Assembly (NCBI GenBank): GCA_965223415.1
Contig: OZ245002.1
Coordinates: 4,960,001-5,024,000, forward strand
DNA: 64,000 nucleotides
From: Myxococcota bacterium
GTDB lineage: Bacteria; Myxococcota_A; UBA9160; UBA6930
Reading direction: 5' to 3'
Part shown: positions 19,032 to 31,012 of the stretch, one piece after another
How the letters are laid out: each line of letters begins with the position of its first letter
How positions within the stretch are numbered: position 1 is the stretch's first letter
Program-made: the position numbers and the translations under genes
The notes under the pieces: model-generated
Database searches by the model: none
Told to the model about the DNA's origin: nothing
The model's input: only the letters and a program-made list of their open reading frames with translations

Positions 19032-20279
19032 CTAGTTGCCGAAGTCCCAGGATTCGCCGGAGTGGTACTGCTTGAGCACGTTCTTCGCGATCAGGATCTT
19101 GTGCACCTCGTCCGGGCCGTCCGCGAGGCGCAGCGTGCGGGCGCCCTGGTACATGCCCGCCAGGGGCAGATCCCCGGAGACGCCCGCCGCGCCCCACACC
19201 TGGATGGCGCGATCGAAGACCTGGCTGGCCACGTGGGGCACGAAGATCTTCAGGGCCGAGATGTCCGTGCGCGCGTCTCCGCCGCCGTCCATCTTCTCGG
19301 CGCAGTTGATCGTCATCAGCCGCGCCGCCTGGATGTCGATCCAGGACTCGGCGATCCAGCCCTGCACGAACTGCTTCGTCTCGAGGAGGCCGCCGTGCAC
19401 CTCGCGGGTCATGGCGCGCTCGACCATCAGGTCGAAGGCCCGCCACATCTGGCCCACCGAGTTCATGCAGTGGTAGACCCGGCCGGCACCCAGGCGATCC
19501 TGGGCGGCCGCGTGGCCCGAGCCGGTCTGGCCGAGCTGGTTCTCGACGGGCACTCGCACGTCGTCGTAGATGATCTCGCAGTGGTCGCTGGGCCGGCCCC
19601 ACACCTCGACGCCGCGGATGAGGTTCACGCCGGGGGTGTCCGTCGGCACGATGATCTGGGTCATCTTCGCGTTGCGGTCGCCCGGCGCGTCCGGGTCCTC
19701 GGTGCGGCACATGACGATCAGGAAGTCCGCCCGCTTGCCGTTCGAGGTGAACCACTTGTGGCCGTTGATCACCCACTGGTCGCCCTCCTTGCGGGCGGTG
19801 GTCTTGATCGAGCGGGGATCGGAGCCGGCGTTGTCCGGCTCGGTCATCGAGAAGCCGCTCTCCATCTTTCCCTCGGTGAGCGGGACGAGCCACTTCTGCC
19901 GCTGCTCCTCGGTACCGTATTTGAGCAGGATCTTCTGGTTGCCGGAGTTCGGCGCCACGACGCCGAACAGGGACGCGGCGCCGATGCTGTAGGCGAGCAC
20001 CTCGTTCATGTAGGCGTGCTCCATGAACCCGAGCCCGCAGCCGCCGTACTCCTCCGGAAGGTGCGGCGCCCAGAGCCCCGCCTGCTTCACCTTCGCCTGG
20101 ATCTCGTGCCGGAGCTCCCGCGCGCGAGTGCGGTCGCTCTCCTGGAAACCCTCCTGGTTCCAGCGCCAGAGTGCATTCTCGTTGGGCAGGATCTCCTCGT
20201 TGACGATCTTGGCGGTCAGCAGCCGCACCTCGTTGATGCGATCGGAGACGTTGGGAATGACCTGGACGTTCATGGGCAT
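19032..20279 (-). CDS. Acyl-CoA dehydrogenase
   Basis: FSMTEPDNAGSD, INGHKWFTSNG, QVWGAAGVS and RLADGPDEVH. Confidence 0.93.
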   Translation of the reverse strand: MPMNVQVIPNVSDRINEVRLLTAKIVNEEILPNENALWRWNQEGFQESDRTRARELRHEIQAKVKQAGLWAPHLPEEYGGCGLGFMEHAYMNEVLAYSIGAASLFGVVAPNSGNQKILLKYGTEEQRQKWLVPLTEGKMESGFSMTEPDNAGSDPRSIKTTARKEGDQWVINGHKWFTSNGKRADFLIVMCRTEDPDAPGDRNAKMTQIIVPTDTPGVNLIRGVEVWGRPSDHCEIIYDDVRVPVENQLGQTGSGHAAAQDRLGAGRVYHCMNSVGQMWRAFDLMVERAMTREVHGGLLETKQFVQGWIAESWIDIQAARLMTINCAEKMDGGGDARTDISALKIFVPHVASQVFDRAIQVWGAAGVSGDLPLAGMYQGARTLRLADGPDEVHKILIAKNVLKQYHSGESWDFGN

Positions 20280-20300
20280 GGTGGGTTCTCCCTCGCCTTG

Positions 20301-20327
20301 AAAGATGGCATGGACCGTGCCATTTTT
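20301..20327. promoter_or_regulatory. Near-perfect palindrome between divergent genes, probable operator
   Basis: AAAGATGGCATGG-A-CCGTGCCATTTTT within a 53-bp divergent spacer. Confidence 0.55.
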
Positions 20328-20332
20328 CGACC

Positions 20333-21094
20333 GTGAATTGGCGACTCGACGGAAAGGTGGCGCTCGTCACCGGCGGCTCGCGAGGCATCGGCAAGGGCAT
20401 CGCGCGCGCCTTTTCCGAGGCGGGCGCCCAGGTGATGATCACCTCGCGAAAGGCCGAGAGCTGCGAGCAAGCGGCGAAGGAGATCGGCGAGAACGCCCAC
20501 TGGGAAGCGGGGCACATTGGGCGTACCGACGACGCGGAGCGGGTCATCGATACCACCCTCGAGCGGCTGGGCGGCCTCGACATCCTGGTGAACAACGCCG
20601 CCACCAACCCCTACGCCGGTCCCACCATCGACGTCGACCTGCCCCGCTGGCAGAAGACGCTGGATGTGAACCTCACGGCCCCACTCCTCTGGACCCAGCT
20701 GGCCTGGCAGCGGCGGATGCAGGAGCACGGTGGGGCGATCGTCAACATCTCCAGCGTCGGCGGCCTCGGCACGAACCCGATCCTCGGCGTCTACGACGTC
20801 ACGAAGGCCGCCCTGATCCACCTGACGAAGCAGCTCGCCGCGGAGCTGGGGCCGGGCGTGCGGGTGAACGCGATCGCCCCCGGCCTCATCAAGACCGATT
20901 TCGCCCGGGTGCTGTGGGAGGGGGACCGGGGCGATCAGGTGGCGAAGGCCTACCCCGTGCAGCGACTCGGCGAGCCGGAGGACGTGGCGGCGGCCGCCCT
21001 CTACCTCGCCCACGATGGCGCCAGCGGCTGGGTCACGGGCCACACCCTGGTACTGGACGGCGGCGGGCTGGTCGGCTTTCAGCGGGTCGGCTGA
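20333..21094 (+). CDS. SDR family oxidoreductase
   Basis: TGGSRGIG, NNAATNP and YDVTK. Confidence 0.92.
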   Translation: MNWRLDGKVALVTGGSRGIGKGIARAFSEAGAQVMITSRKAESCEQAAKEIGENAHWEAGHIGRTDDAERVIDTTLERLGGLDILVNNAATNPYAGPTIDVDLPRWQKTLDVNLTAPLLWTQLAWQRRMQEHGGAIVNISSVGGLGTNPILGVYDVTKAALIHLTKQLAAELGPGVRVNAIAPGLIKTDFARVLWEGDRGDQVAKAYPVQRLGEPEDVAAAALYLAHDGASGWVTGHTLVLDGGGLVGFQRVG

Positions 21095-21101
21095 GCGACC
21101 G

Positions 21102-21648
21102 GTGGGCGAGGCGGGCTACGTCCTCTACGGCACGTCGCGGAGCCTCTTCACCCGCAAGCTCGAGGCGGCCCTGCGCTTCTACGGCGCCCGGTTCGAGATG
21201 CGTCCCCCGGGAGGGAACGAGCCCGGCTCGGCTCAGCAGCGGGCGGCCACCCACCAGATTCCGGTCCTCGAGACTCCGGAGAACTGGATGTTGGCGGACA
21301 CGACGCCCATCCTCGAGCTGCTCGATGCCCGCTTCCCTGCCCGCCGGCTCTTCCCGGCCGGCCCCCTCGGCGTGCTGGTGCACGTGGTGGAAGAGGTGCT
21401 CGACGAGTGGGTCGCCCGGGTGATGGTCCACTACCGCCGCCCGCGCGCTGGCCGCCGGGGACAAGCCCTTCGTGATCCCGACCTACGGCGAGGAGACGAG
21501 CTACCTCGCCCGCCCGTACCCGGAGCAGTCGCGGCGCATGATCCAGCGGCGCATCGAGGATCAGCTCGGCGTAGAGGAGCGCGCGGCGGTCACGAGCTGG
21601 CTCGAGCAGGCCGGACTCACCGAGGCCTTCCTCAGAACGTCTCCTTGA
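21102..21648 (+). pseudogene. GST-family gene with internal deletion and frameshift
   Basis: N-terminus SLFTRKL...QIPVL...DTTPIL...DEWVARVMVHYR breaks near 21438; the C-terminal part (ARALAAGDKPFVIPTYGEETSYLARPYPEQSRR...) continues in another frame to TGA 21648. Confidence 0.75.
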
Positions 21649-22357
21649 ACGGCCGCAGGTCGAGCTCGAGGGTCCAGGTGGTCTTCGGCTGGGTGTGGAG
21701 CATCCAGAAGGCGCCAGCGATGTCGTCGGGCTGCAGCATGCCGTCGCTGCCAAGCCGCTCCTTGATCTGCGGGAAGCGCTCGTTGACGATGTCACCGTCG
21801 ATCGCGCCGTCGATCACCACGTGGCCGACGTGAAGCCCCTTCTTGCCGAACTCCCGCGCCATGCCGTGGGCCACGGCGCGGAGGGCCGCCTTGGCGGAAG
21901 CAAAGGCCGTAAAGGGCGGCCGGGCGCGGAGGGAGGCCGTGGCGCCGGTGAACAGCAAGCTGCCGCCTCCGGCCGGGACCATCCTCCGCGCGGCCTCCCG
22001 CCCGGTCAGGAAGCCGCCAAAGCAGCACACCCGCCAGACGTCCTCGAAGAACGCGTCGGTCATGTCGAGGAGCGAGCTGAAGGCGTTGTTCCCGGCGTTG
22101 TAGACGACGAGCTCCGGCACGCCTCCCGCCGCTTCCGCGGCGTCGAAGAGCCGGGCGACGTCCTCGGCCCGGGTCGCGTCCACGGCGACGGGCGTCGCCT
22201 CTCCGCCGCTGCTGTGAATGCCCTTCGCCACCGCCTCGATCTTCGTCGGCGTGCGCCCGGCGACGAGCACGTGCAGCCCTTCCTTCGCGAAGCGCCGGCA
22301 CAGGGCGCCGCCGACGCCGGTCTCCGCGCCCACGCCCACCACGATGGCCGTCGCCAT
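21632..22357 (-). CDS. SDR family oxidoreductase
   Basis: GVGAETGVG, YNAG, TGATASLR, FASAK and ELDLRPFKETF. Confidence 0.9.
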   Translation of the reverse strand: MATAIVVGVGAETGVGGALCRRFAKEGLHVLVAGRTPTKIEAVAKGIHSSGGEATPVAVDATRAEDVARLFDAAEAAGGVPELVVYNAGNNAFSSLLDMTDAFFEDVWRVCCFGGFLTGREAARRMVPAGGGSLLFTGATASLRARPPFTAFASAKAALRAVAHGMAREFGKKGLHVGHVVIDGAIDGDIVNERFPQIKERLGSDGMLQPDDIAGAFWMLHTQPKTTWTLELDLRPFKETF

Positions 22358-22359
22358 CG

Positions 22360-23357
22360 CTAGGCGTCCCGGAGCCAGCGCAGGCAGCCGGTGCGCTCCA
22401 GCACCGGATCGAGCTCGCGCTTGTCGGGCACCGCGGCGTAGCGCTCGCGAAGCTTGCCGAGCGAGCGCGCGTGGTACTTCTGGGGCTTCTGCGTCCAGGT
22501 CCCGGACGCGAGCTCGACGCTGAACTCCTCCTGACCGCCCTCGATGGCTCCGCGGTTCGCCTCGGACCAGGGAAGGAAGAGCCCGCCGACCTGCGTCTCG
22601 AGGAGCCGCAGGAGGGTCGGCTCGAGGGCCGACCAGGGCTCGAACTCGCCCTCGCTCTTCGGGTCGAGCATGCGCTGCACCCAGGCGAGGAGGTTCGGGT
22701 GGCGCTCGACGATCTCCTTGCCGGTGGGGTCGGTCCACGCGTTGTAGATCTGGCCCCAGAGGCCGAAGTCGGCGAAGGCCGGCCGCCCGCCGAACAGGTA
22801 GGGCCGCCCGCTCAGATGGGCCTTGAGGAGGGCTGCCGCGTCCTGGAAGGACTGCTCGATCTGGGGCGCGGTCTGCTCGCTCGAGCCGACGAACCACACC
22901 CGGTTCACCATGCGGTCCTTCACGCCCTGTACGATGCCCTGGAGCTGCTCGCCTTCCACGCCCGGCGCCATGGTCGCAGCGATGCGCTCCGCGGCGCTGT
23001 TCTGGTCCGCCTCCCGCGCCCAGCGGTAGTGGAACATCCACTTGTTGCCCCACTCGTCGCCGAACTCCTCCAGGAGCGCGGAGACGAAGCAGGAGACCGG
23101 ATCGCTCGGGTGGATGGAGGGCTCCGGGTTGCGCGCCTCCAGGGTCTCGAGGATCGGCGTCGAGTCCTGGAGAGCCTCGCCGTCCGGTGTCGCGACCACC
23201 GGGACCAGGGGGAGCTTCGCGTACTTCTGGTACTCCTCCATGTTGTCGGGCCCGCGCACGATCCACTCGTGGGGGATGCCCTTGTAGCGGAAGTAGGAGC
23301 GGACCTTCACCGAGTACGGCGAGATCTCCGCGCCCCAGATGCGGTGCACGTCGGCCA

Positions 23358-23358
<1 letters not shown>
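22360..23358 (-). CDS. Glutathione S-transferase family protein
   Basis: SPYSVKVRSYFRYK, QDSTPI, EFGDEWGNKWMFHYRW and YLFGGRPAFADF. Confidence 0.88.
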
Positions 23359-24398
<1,040 letters not shown>

Positions 24399-24517
24399 GG
24401 GAGGGCTCCTCCTTGGAGGGTGGGCAGAAAGCGCAGGCGCGCCGAGGCATGCTGACACAATCCCTGCCAATAGACGAGGGCATCGCGCGCCTCCGCTCGC
24501 GAGGGCATCATGCGGCC

Positions 24518-25645
24518 ATGCACGCCCTCACCCGTCGCCTGTCCCCGATCCTCGTGGCCCTGCTCTGCAGCGGCTGCCTCACGAACCGCCTCGACGGACC
24601 GATCCACAGCGCCGACGGCATGCCCTGGATCGCCAACGGCGCCGGGGTGCGCGCGCCGGCCCTCGCCCTCGACCACCGGGTGCTGCTGGTCGGCGACGCG
24701 GGCCTCTGGCTCGAAGAAGACCCGACCCTCGCCGCTCTGGGCGAATGGGCGGAGACGGCTCCCGCGAGCACGACCCTCTTCCTCGGCGACAACCTCTACA
24801 ACGAGGGCCTGCGCGACGACGACCGCGAGCGGGGCGAGAAGATCCTGAAGCAGCAGCTCGCCGCGACGGGGGGCCGCAAGATCTTCGTGCCCGGCAACCA
24901 CGACTGGGGGCTCTTCCCGAGCAGCTACAGCGTGCGCGCGATCCGCAACCAGCAGGAGCTCGTCGACGGCTGGCCCGACGGCAGCGCCGCCTTCCTGCCG
25001 AAGGACGGGTGCATGGGACCCGTGGCCCGCGAGCTCGCACCGGCGGCGCCGGGCCGCCGCGCCCTGGTCGCCGTGCTCGCCGATCCCACGCCCTGGCTGA
25101 ACGAGAACGTCCTCGGCGAGTGCCCCGAGGAGGAGAGCTACGAGAGCCACGTGGCACGGCTCGACGAGGTGCTCACCGCCCACGCGGACGACTGGGTGAT
25201 CCTGGCCACCCACTATCCGATCCTGACCGGCGGCCCCCACGGAGGCCTCACCTACGGCTTCTTCATCGACCTCCTGCTGGGCATCCTCACCGTCCCCACC
25301 GGCGGACGCCTCGCGAACACCTACGAGCCCGGCTATGCGGACTGGATCGAGGCCATCGAGCCGGTGCTCCGCGCCCACCCGCCCATCGTCTATGCCGCGG
25401 GCCACGACCACAACCTCCAGGTGCTCGACGCCGACGGCCGCGCCGGCGCCTTCGTCGTGAGCGGCGCGGGCGCGGTGGAGCGCGTCTCGACCGTCACCCA
25501 CCTTCCGGAGACCCTCTTCGCCCACGCCCACCCGGGCTTCGTCGTCCTCGACTTCGGCCGCCGGGACGGCCGCGAAGTGGTGCTGCTGCGGGTCGTCGAG
25601 GCCGGGAAGGACGCGCCGGTCTTCGAGCGGGAGCTGGTTCGCTAG
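24518..25645 (+). CDS. Metallophosphoesterase, probable lipoprotein
   Basis: VGDAG, LGDNLY, PGNHDW and AGHDHNLQ motifs; LLCSGC lipobox-like. Confidence 0.85.
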   Translation: MHALTRRLSPILVALLCSGCLTNRLDGPIHSADGMPWIANGAGVRAPALALDHRVLLVGDAGLWLEEDPTLAALGEWAETAPASTTLFLGDNLYNEGLRDDDRERGEKILKQQLAATGGRKIFVPGNHDWGLFPSSYSVRAIRNQQELVDGWPDGSAAFLPKDGCMGPVARELAPAAPGRRALVAVLADPTPWLNENVLGECPEEESYESHVARLDEVLTAHADDWVILATHYPILTGGPHGGLTYGFFIDLLLGILTVPTGGRLANTYEPGYADWIEAIEPVLRAHPPIVYAAGHDHNLQVLDADGRAGAFVVSGAGAVERVSTVTHLPETLFAHAHPGFVVLDFGRRDGREVVLLRVVEAGKDAPVFERELVR

Positions 25646-26013
25646 GCCTCAGCCTTCGAGGCGCCGAAGAGGAGGATGGCCGTCATGACCACCTCCGCGA
25701 CGATGAAGCCGGTGGCGAACTCGGCGCCGTGAGCCGCCCAGGCGAGGGTGCGGATCACCGCTGCGCCGCCCAGGAGCATGGCGCCGCACAAGAGCCAGGT
25801 GCGCTTCCGGGTCCAGGCGCCGAGCAGGATCGTGGCGGCGGCGGTGGCGAAGAAGGCGCCCAGGTCGCCGACCTGGGTGCTGCGGGCCATCCCATCGAGG
25901 AGCGGCATGGCGAGCCCCTCCGCCGTCGGCCCCGGACGAACCAACCAGCCGATGGCGTTGCCCAGCATCATGAGCCCCGGCAGGGCGACGAGGATCCGGA
26001 TGGGTGTGCTCAC
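25642..26013 (-). CDS. Small multi-TM membrane protein
   Basis: Hydrophobic helices; ARSTQVGDLGAFF; RBS AGGAG before GTG. Confidence 0.65.
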   Translation of the reverse strand: MSTPIRILVALPGLMMLGNAIGWLVRPGPTAEGLAMPLLDGMARSTQVGDLGAFFATAAATILLGAWTRKRTWLLCGAMLLGGAAVIRTLAWAAHGAEFATGFIVAEVVMTAILLFGASKAEA

Positions 26014-26060
26014 GGGGGCTCCTGGGAGGGATCGCGCGGAGCCTACCATGGCCGGGCCGG

Positions 26061-26486
26061 TCATCGGAACAGCAGCCACTTGCGCACGCCGAAGTTCCAG
26101 CCGAAGACCACGATGGCGGCGATCGCCTTCGAGAGCGTGTAGTGGAAGGACAGGCCGTCGGTGAGGCCCCACATCACGGCCTCATTCAGGGCCAGGCCGG
26201 CCGCACCGATCGCGGCGAACACGCCGAACTCGGCACGGGCGCTGTCGAGGCTGCGGCGCGCGAACACCCAGCGGATGCTGAGTGCGTAGTTCACCACGAG
26301 CCCAATGCCGAAGCCGGCGGCGGCGGCGACCAGGTAGTGCCAACCCGCCCATTCGGTGAGCGCTACGAGGGTGCCGAAGTCCGCGGCGAGGGCCACGCCG
26401 CCCACCATGCCGTAGCGAACGAGCTGGCCGAACGTGTCGTCGCGCCGCCCGGCGAAGAGCCTCCTTGCGGCATGCCACGTCGCCAA
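26061..26486 (-). CDS. GtrA family flippase-like protein
   Basis: QLVRYGMVGG, NYALSIRWVF and WNFGVRKWLLF. Confidence 0.85.
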   Translation of the reverse strand: MATWHAARRLFAGRRDDTFGQLVRYGMVGGVALAADFGTLVALTEWAGWHYLVAAAAGFGIGLVVNYALSIRWVFARRSLDSARAEFGVFAAIGAAGLALNEAVMWGLTDGLSFHYTLSKAIAAIVVFGWNFGVRKWLLFR

Positions 26487-26549
26487 CGATCGTCTCCCCG
26501 GCGAACTCTAGCGTGGCGGCCGCGAGAGGGGTTTCCCACTCTCCGGTCC

Positions 26550-27881
26550 ATGAGCAGGTCGAACGCGACAGCACTTCCGGATCGGGTCCTGCGGCTCGGG
26601 GCCTGGGTGCTCCTCGCGGCGGGCAGCGCGTTTCGCCTCTACTGGGCCTTCGCGAGCCGGGAGAGCTTCGGCCGCGACGGCAACCGGCACGGCACCCTGC
26701 TGGCGCTCGCGCGCAACCTGCAAGAGCGTGGCTTCTACTCCGCCGACGGCATGTTCGCGAACGTCAGCGAAGAGCCGCTCTTCCCGTTCCTGATCGCCCT
26801 GGCCGATGCGCTCCCGGGGCCGCACTGGCTGGGCTTCACCGTCGTGCAGCTCGTCATCACCGCCATCGGCGCCCGGTGCGTCCACCGCTTCTGCACCGCG
26901 TGCGCCCTGCCCCGCTCCCAGGCGCTCCTGGCAACGGCGCTCTTCGTGGCCCATCCCTACCTGGCCAGCCAGGCCGTGGTGATCGCCGATACGCAGCTCT
27001 TCGCGAGCGTCCTGGCGGCGAACGCCGCCGCCTGGGCGGTGCTCCTCGAGCGAAACCGACGATCCGCCGCCATCGCAGCGGGCCTCTGCCTGGCCCTGGG
27101 ATTCGCCACCCGCGGCACGGCCCTGCTCCTGCTGCCGACCCTCGCCGTGTTCTTCGGGCTGCCCCTCTGGATGGAAGGTTGGACCTCTGCACGCCGGCGG
27201 CTTCCTCAACTGGCACTCGCGGCCAGCGTGACACTGGCGGCCCTCTCTCCCTGGCTTCTGCGCAACTGGCTCCTCACCGACCAGCTCTTCATCGCCACAC
27301 ACGGCCGCGCCGAGTTCGCCATCGGAAACAACTCGGTCCTGCGGCAGGCTCTCGAGCTGGGCGTGAGCCTGGACAGCATCGACATCGATCCCGGGGGACA
27401 CATCGCCACGGCCGCCCGGCGCCGCGCCCCCGTGGGCTCCCCGCACTACGAGCTCACCTACGCGAACCTCGCTCGCCAGAAGGGCATCGACTGGATTGGT
27501 GAGCACCCAACCGAGTTCCTGGGCTTGATCCCGCTGCGCTTGCACAGCACCTGGAGCTGGAACCTGACCCCGATCTTTGCCACCGAGGGGACGTTCCGGC
27601 CTAACTACGACCGCCGCGCCACGGTGCTCCGGCTCTACCTCGTCCCGGTCACCCTGCTGGCCCTGCTCGGCTTCCTCCACCCGGGCCTGTGGAGCCGCGG
27701 CACCCTCTTCTGCTCCGCTCTGCTGCTCGCGTTCAGCTGTGCCGTGGCCGTGCTCTACGGCTACACGCGGCTCCGGGCTCCCTTCGACACCTTTCTCGTG
27801 GTTCCGGCGGTGCAGGCGGCGGGGTGGATCCTGGCGACGGGACACCGCGCGGTCCTGGGGGCACGCACCGAGGCTGACTGA
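26550..27881 (+). CDS. GT-C-like (ArnT/GT39-like) integral membrane protein
   Basis: Many TM segments, EEPLFP, PWLLRNW, GNN loop and YGYTRLRAP; divergent from GtrA. Confidence 0.65.
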   Translation: MSRSNATALPDRVLRLGAWVLLAAGSAFRLYWAFASRESFGRDGNRHGTLLALARNLQERGFYSADGMFANVSEEPLFPFLIALADALPGPHWLGFTVVQLVITAIGARCVHRFCTACALPRSQALLATALFVAHPYLASQAVVIADTQLFASVLAANAAAWAVLLERNRRSAAIAAGLCLALGFATRGTALLLLPTLAVFFGLPLWMEGWTSARRRLPQLALAASVTLAALSPWLLRNWLLTDQLFIATHGRAEFAIGNNSVLRQALELGVSLDSIDIDPGGHIATAARRRAPVGSPHYELTYANLARQKGIDWIGEHPTEFLGLIPLRLHSTWSWNLTPIFATEGTFRPNYDRRATVLRLYLVPVTLLALLGFLHPGLWSRGTLFCSALLLAFSCAVAVLYGYTRLRAPFDTFLVVPAVQAAGWILATGHRAVLGARTEAD

Positions 27882-27916
27882 CGGGTACACCAGGGCCCCG
27901 GCGTGTGCTGCCGTTC

Positions 27917-28111
27917 TCAGGCGGCCTTCGACGCAGGTGCGCCGGCAGAGAAGTCCTCGAGCGCATCCGTGGCGCGGCGATCGCTGGCCGCCACGACCCG
28001 GAGGTCGGCGACGCCGACGAAGAACGCGCGGGGAATCCCCTCGAAGCCGAGCAGGAACGGGGCCGCCAGGAGCGCAACGCCCGCCAAGGTGTCGAGCGCC
28101 CGATGGACGCA
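27917..28111 (-). pseudogene. Probable C-terminal remnant of a small membrane protein (SPW-repeat-like)
   Basis: VHRALDTLAGVALLAAPFLLGFEG with no credible start. Confidence 0.35.
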
Positions 28112-28232
28112 CCAGGGGCTCGTGGGAGCGGAAGGTCGGGGATCCGGTTCCCCTGCGCGGGCGGGGTGGCGGCAGCGGCGCTCCGTGGCGAAGATCTGTT
28201 GCGGGGCCTCGGCGGGCGCCAAGAGGAGCGAC

Positions 28233-30975
28233 GTGAGCGGCGAGCGGCTGGCCTTCGGCGACTTCGAGCTGGACACCGGCGCGCTCTCTCTCGAGCGGCG
28301 GCGAGCCGATCGACCTTCAGTCGCGCACCTTCGACCTGCTGGCCTACCTGGCTCGCCACCCGGGCCAGGTGCTGTCGCGGGAGCACCTCCTGGCCCAGGT
28401 GTGGGAGGACGTCCACGTGAGCGACGGTGCGCTCAGCACCGCCGTCTACGAGGTGCGGCGTGCCCTCGACGATGCGTCTCGCGAGCCGCCGTGGATCCGC
28501 ACACTGCGTGGCCGGGGCTTCCGCTTCGACGCCGATGTCCGTCGTGTCCTGATCGAGCCTGGCCGTGTCCAGCTGCGCCAAGGGCCACCCTACCTCGGGC
28601 GGGCCCCCCTGCTGCGCGAGCTGTGCGCTTCGCGCGCGGGCCGCGGGCAGCTCGTGCTCCTCGAGGGCGAGGCGGGGATGGGCAAGACCCGCACGGCCCT
28701 CGAGGTGGCTGCGATGGCCGAGGGCTGCGTGGTAGCGCGTGGCTGGTGCGACGAACGCCGGGCGGCTCCAGCCTTCTGGCCGTGGACCCAGGTGCTGCGC
28801 GAGCTCCCGCGCGTCCCGATCTCCGAGGGCGTGGCCGAGGCGCTGGGCCTCGGCGGTGGCGAGGCGGAAGACGCCGGCCTGGCCTGGGACGCGCCGATCC
28901 TCGGCTCGCGCGTCGACGTGCTGGATGGAATCGTCTCGAGCCTGAGGGCCGCAGCATCCGCGCAACCCCTGCTCGTCGTCCTCGAGGACCTCCACGACGC
29001 GGACGGTCCGAGCTTCGCCGCGCTGGAGTTCGTCGCCCGGCGCATGGCCGAGTGGCCGCTGTTCGTGCTCGCAACCTATCGGCCCGACGATCTGGCCGAC
29101 TTGGGCGCCTCGATCGGTGGTGTCGTCTCGCTGCCCCACGTCCGTCAGATGGAGCTCGAGCCCCTCGACCCTGCCCCGATCTTCGCGCTCCTGCACTCCG
29201 CCCTCGGGCGCGCGCCGGCCCAGTGGATCGGTCGCGAGATCTTCGAGCGCTCGGGCGGCAACCCCTTCTTCGCGTGGGCCCTGGCTGGCGAGGTGGACCC
29301 GGTCGAGGGACTCCGGTCCGATCTCCCTCGCGGCGTGCGCGCCGTCTTGAACCGGAGCTTGAACCGGCTTCGCCCCGCGACGCGGGATGCGGTTCGGCTT
29401 GCGGCCGCCCAGGGCGAGGGCTTCGAGGTCGCCGTCGTGGAGGCCCTGGCCGACCCGGGCCTCGCGCCCGATTGGTGCGAGGAGGCACAGCGCCACGGCG
29501 TGCTCGAGCCGGATCGGGGCGATGCCTCGGTCGCTGGGCGTCTCCGCTTCCGGCACGCGTTGCTACGGGAGACGGCGGAGGCCGAGCTCGACGTCAGCCG
29601 CCGTGCCGTGCTCCATCGCCAGCTTGCGGACATTCGCCTGGCCCGGGCCGGGAGGCCTCGCGGGAGGGAGCTCACCGAGATCGCGCACCATCTCGTGCAG
29701 GCGATGCCGGCTTCCAAGGACGGCGCCGAAGCCCTGCGCTATGCGCGTGCGGCTGCCGAAGAGGCGCTACGCGCGTCGGCCTGGGAGACCTGCGACCAGC
29801 ACAGCGCAGCCGCCTTGCAGATCCTGGAGGGCGAGCCCGACCGCCACTCGCCTCACGACCTGCTCGAGGTGCTCGCGCTGCGTTGCGTGGCGCTCAACTC
29901 TCGCGGCGGTCGCGAGCAGGAGACCAGCGACCTGCTCGCGAAGGCGGCTACCTGGCTCGATCAGGCGGGGAACGACGAAGAAGACCTCCGGGTCGTGTTC
30001 GCGGGCCTCGAGTTCGTCCACGCGGGGAACCTGGGCCACTACGAGCGGGCGCGGCGCGGTGTCGAGGCCCTGCGACGAGCCGCCACCGCGCCTCCCGGCA
30101 TGGCCGAGGTGTGGGCAGCCACCCTCCGCGCCATCGGCGGCGAGTTCGCGCCCGCCCGCGCGGTCGATCCCGAGGCGCTCCTCGAGGAGCGAAGCCCGGC
30201 CTTCTCCCGCCATCTCCTCCAGGATCCGGAGGTGGTCGGGCTGGCCATCGGCGCCGTGGCCTGCCTGGCCTACGGGGACGAACGCGGTGCGCTCCGGCGG
30301 CTGCCGGCCTCGGTCGCCAAGGCCCAGGAGCGGCGGGACCCGTACAGCGAGGCGATGGCCCACTTCGTGGCCTGCATCGTCCATGACCTGCGCGGAGATG
30401 CGGACGCCCTCGAGGCCTCGGCCGCCCGCGTCGACCCGCTCTGCACGGACCACGGGATCGCGCGTTTCCTGGGTGCGGGCTTCATGTTCGATGCCTGGGC
30501 GGCGGAGCTTCGCGGTGAGCCGAAGCTCCCCCTGACCAACCTGGCGAGCGTCCTCGCGCCGCGCTTCGAGCGACCGGAAGGCGGCGGCTATCGGGGCTAC
30601 ATCCAGGACCTGGTCGCGCGGATCTTCGAGCGCACCGGCAACCTCGACGAAGCGAGCCGCCACGCCGCTGCGGTCAGGGCCTGGGCCGAACAGCACGGCG
30701 AGCGTTGGGTCCTTTGCGAGACCTGGCGGTTGGTCGGGCGGCTGGCCCAGAAGGGAGGCCAGGCGTCGGAAGCGCGCGACGCGTGGCGCGCCGCCGTGGA
30801 TCTGGCCCGCCTTCAGGATGCGGCGCTCTTCGAGCTGCGCGCCTGGCTCGACCTCCACGCCCACGGCGATCCGGGCGCCGCCGCCGAAGTCGAGCGACTG
30901 CTCCGGGCCGGGCGTGAGCTGACGGTGGCGGACCGTACGGCCGCGTCACGCCGCCTGAAGGAGGCTTCCGAATAG
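28233..30975 (+). pseudogene. wHTH (OmpR/CadC-type) + AAA ATPase + helical repeat regulator, frameshifted near the 5' end
   Basis: RBS GAGGAG, then GTG 28233 VSGERLAFGDFELDTGALSL; EPIDLQSRTFDLLAYLARHPGQVLSREHLL lies in another frame; Walker A GEAGMGKT, LEDLHDAD, SGGNPFF. Confidence 0.75.
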
Positions 30976-31012
30976 TCGGCCACCACAAGGAAGGCCCGGT
31001 TCGGGCCCGGGC

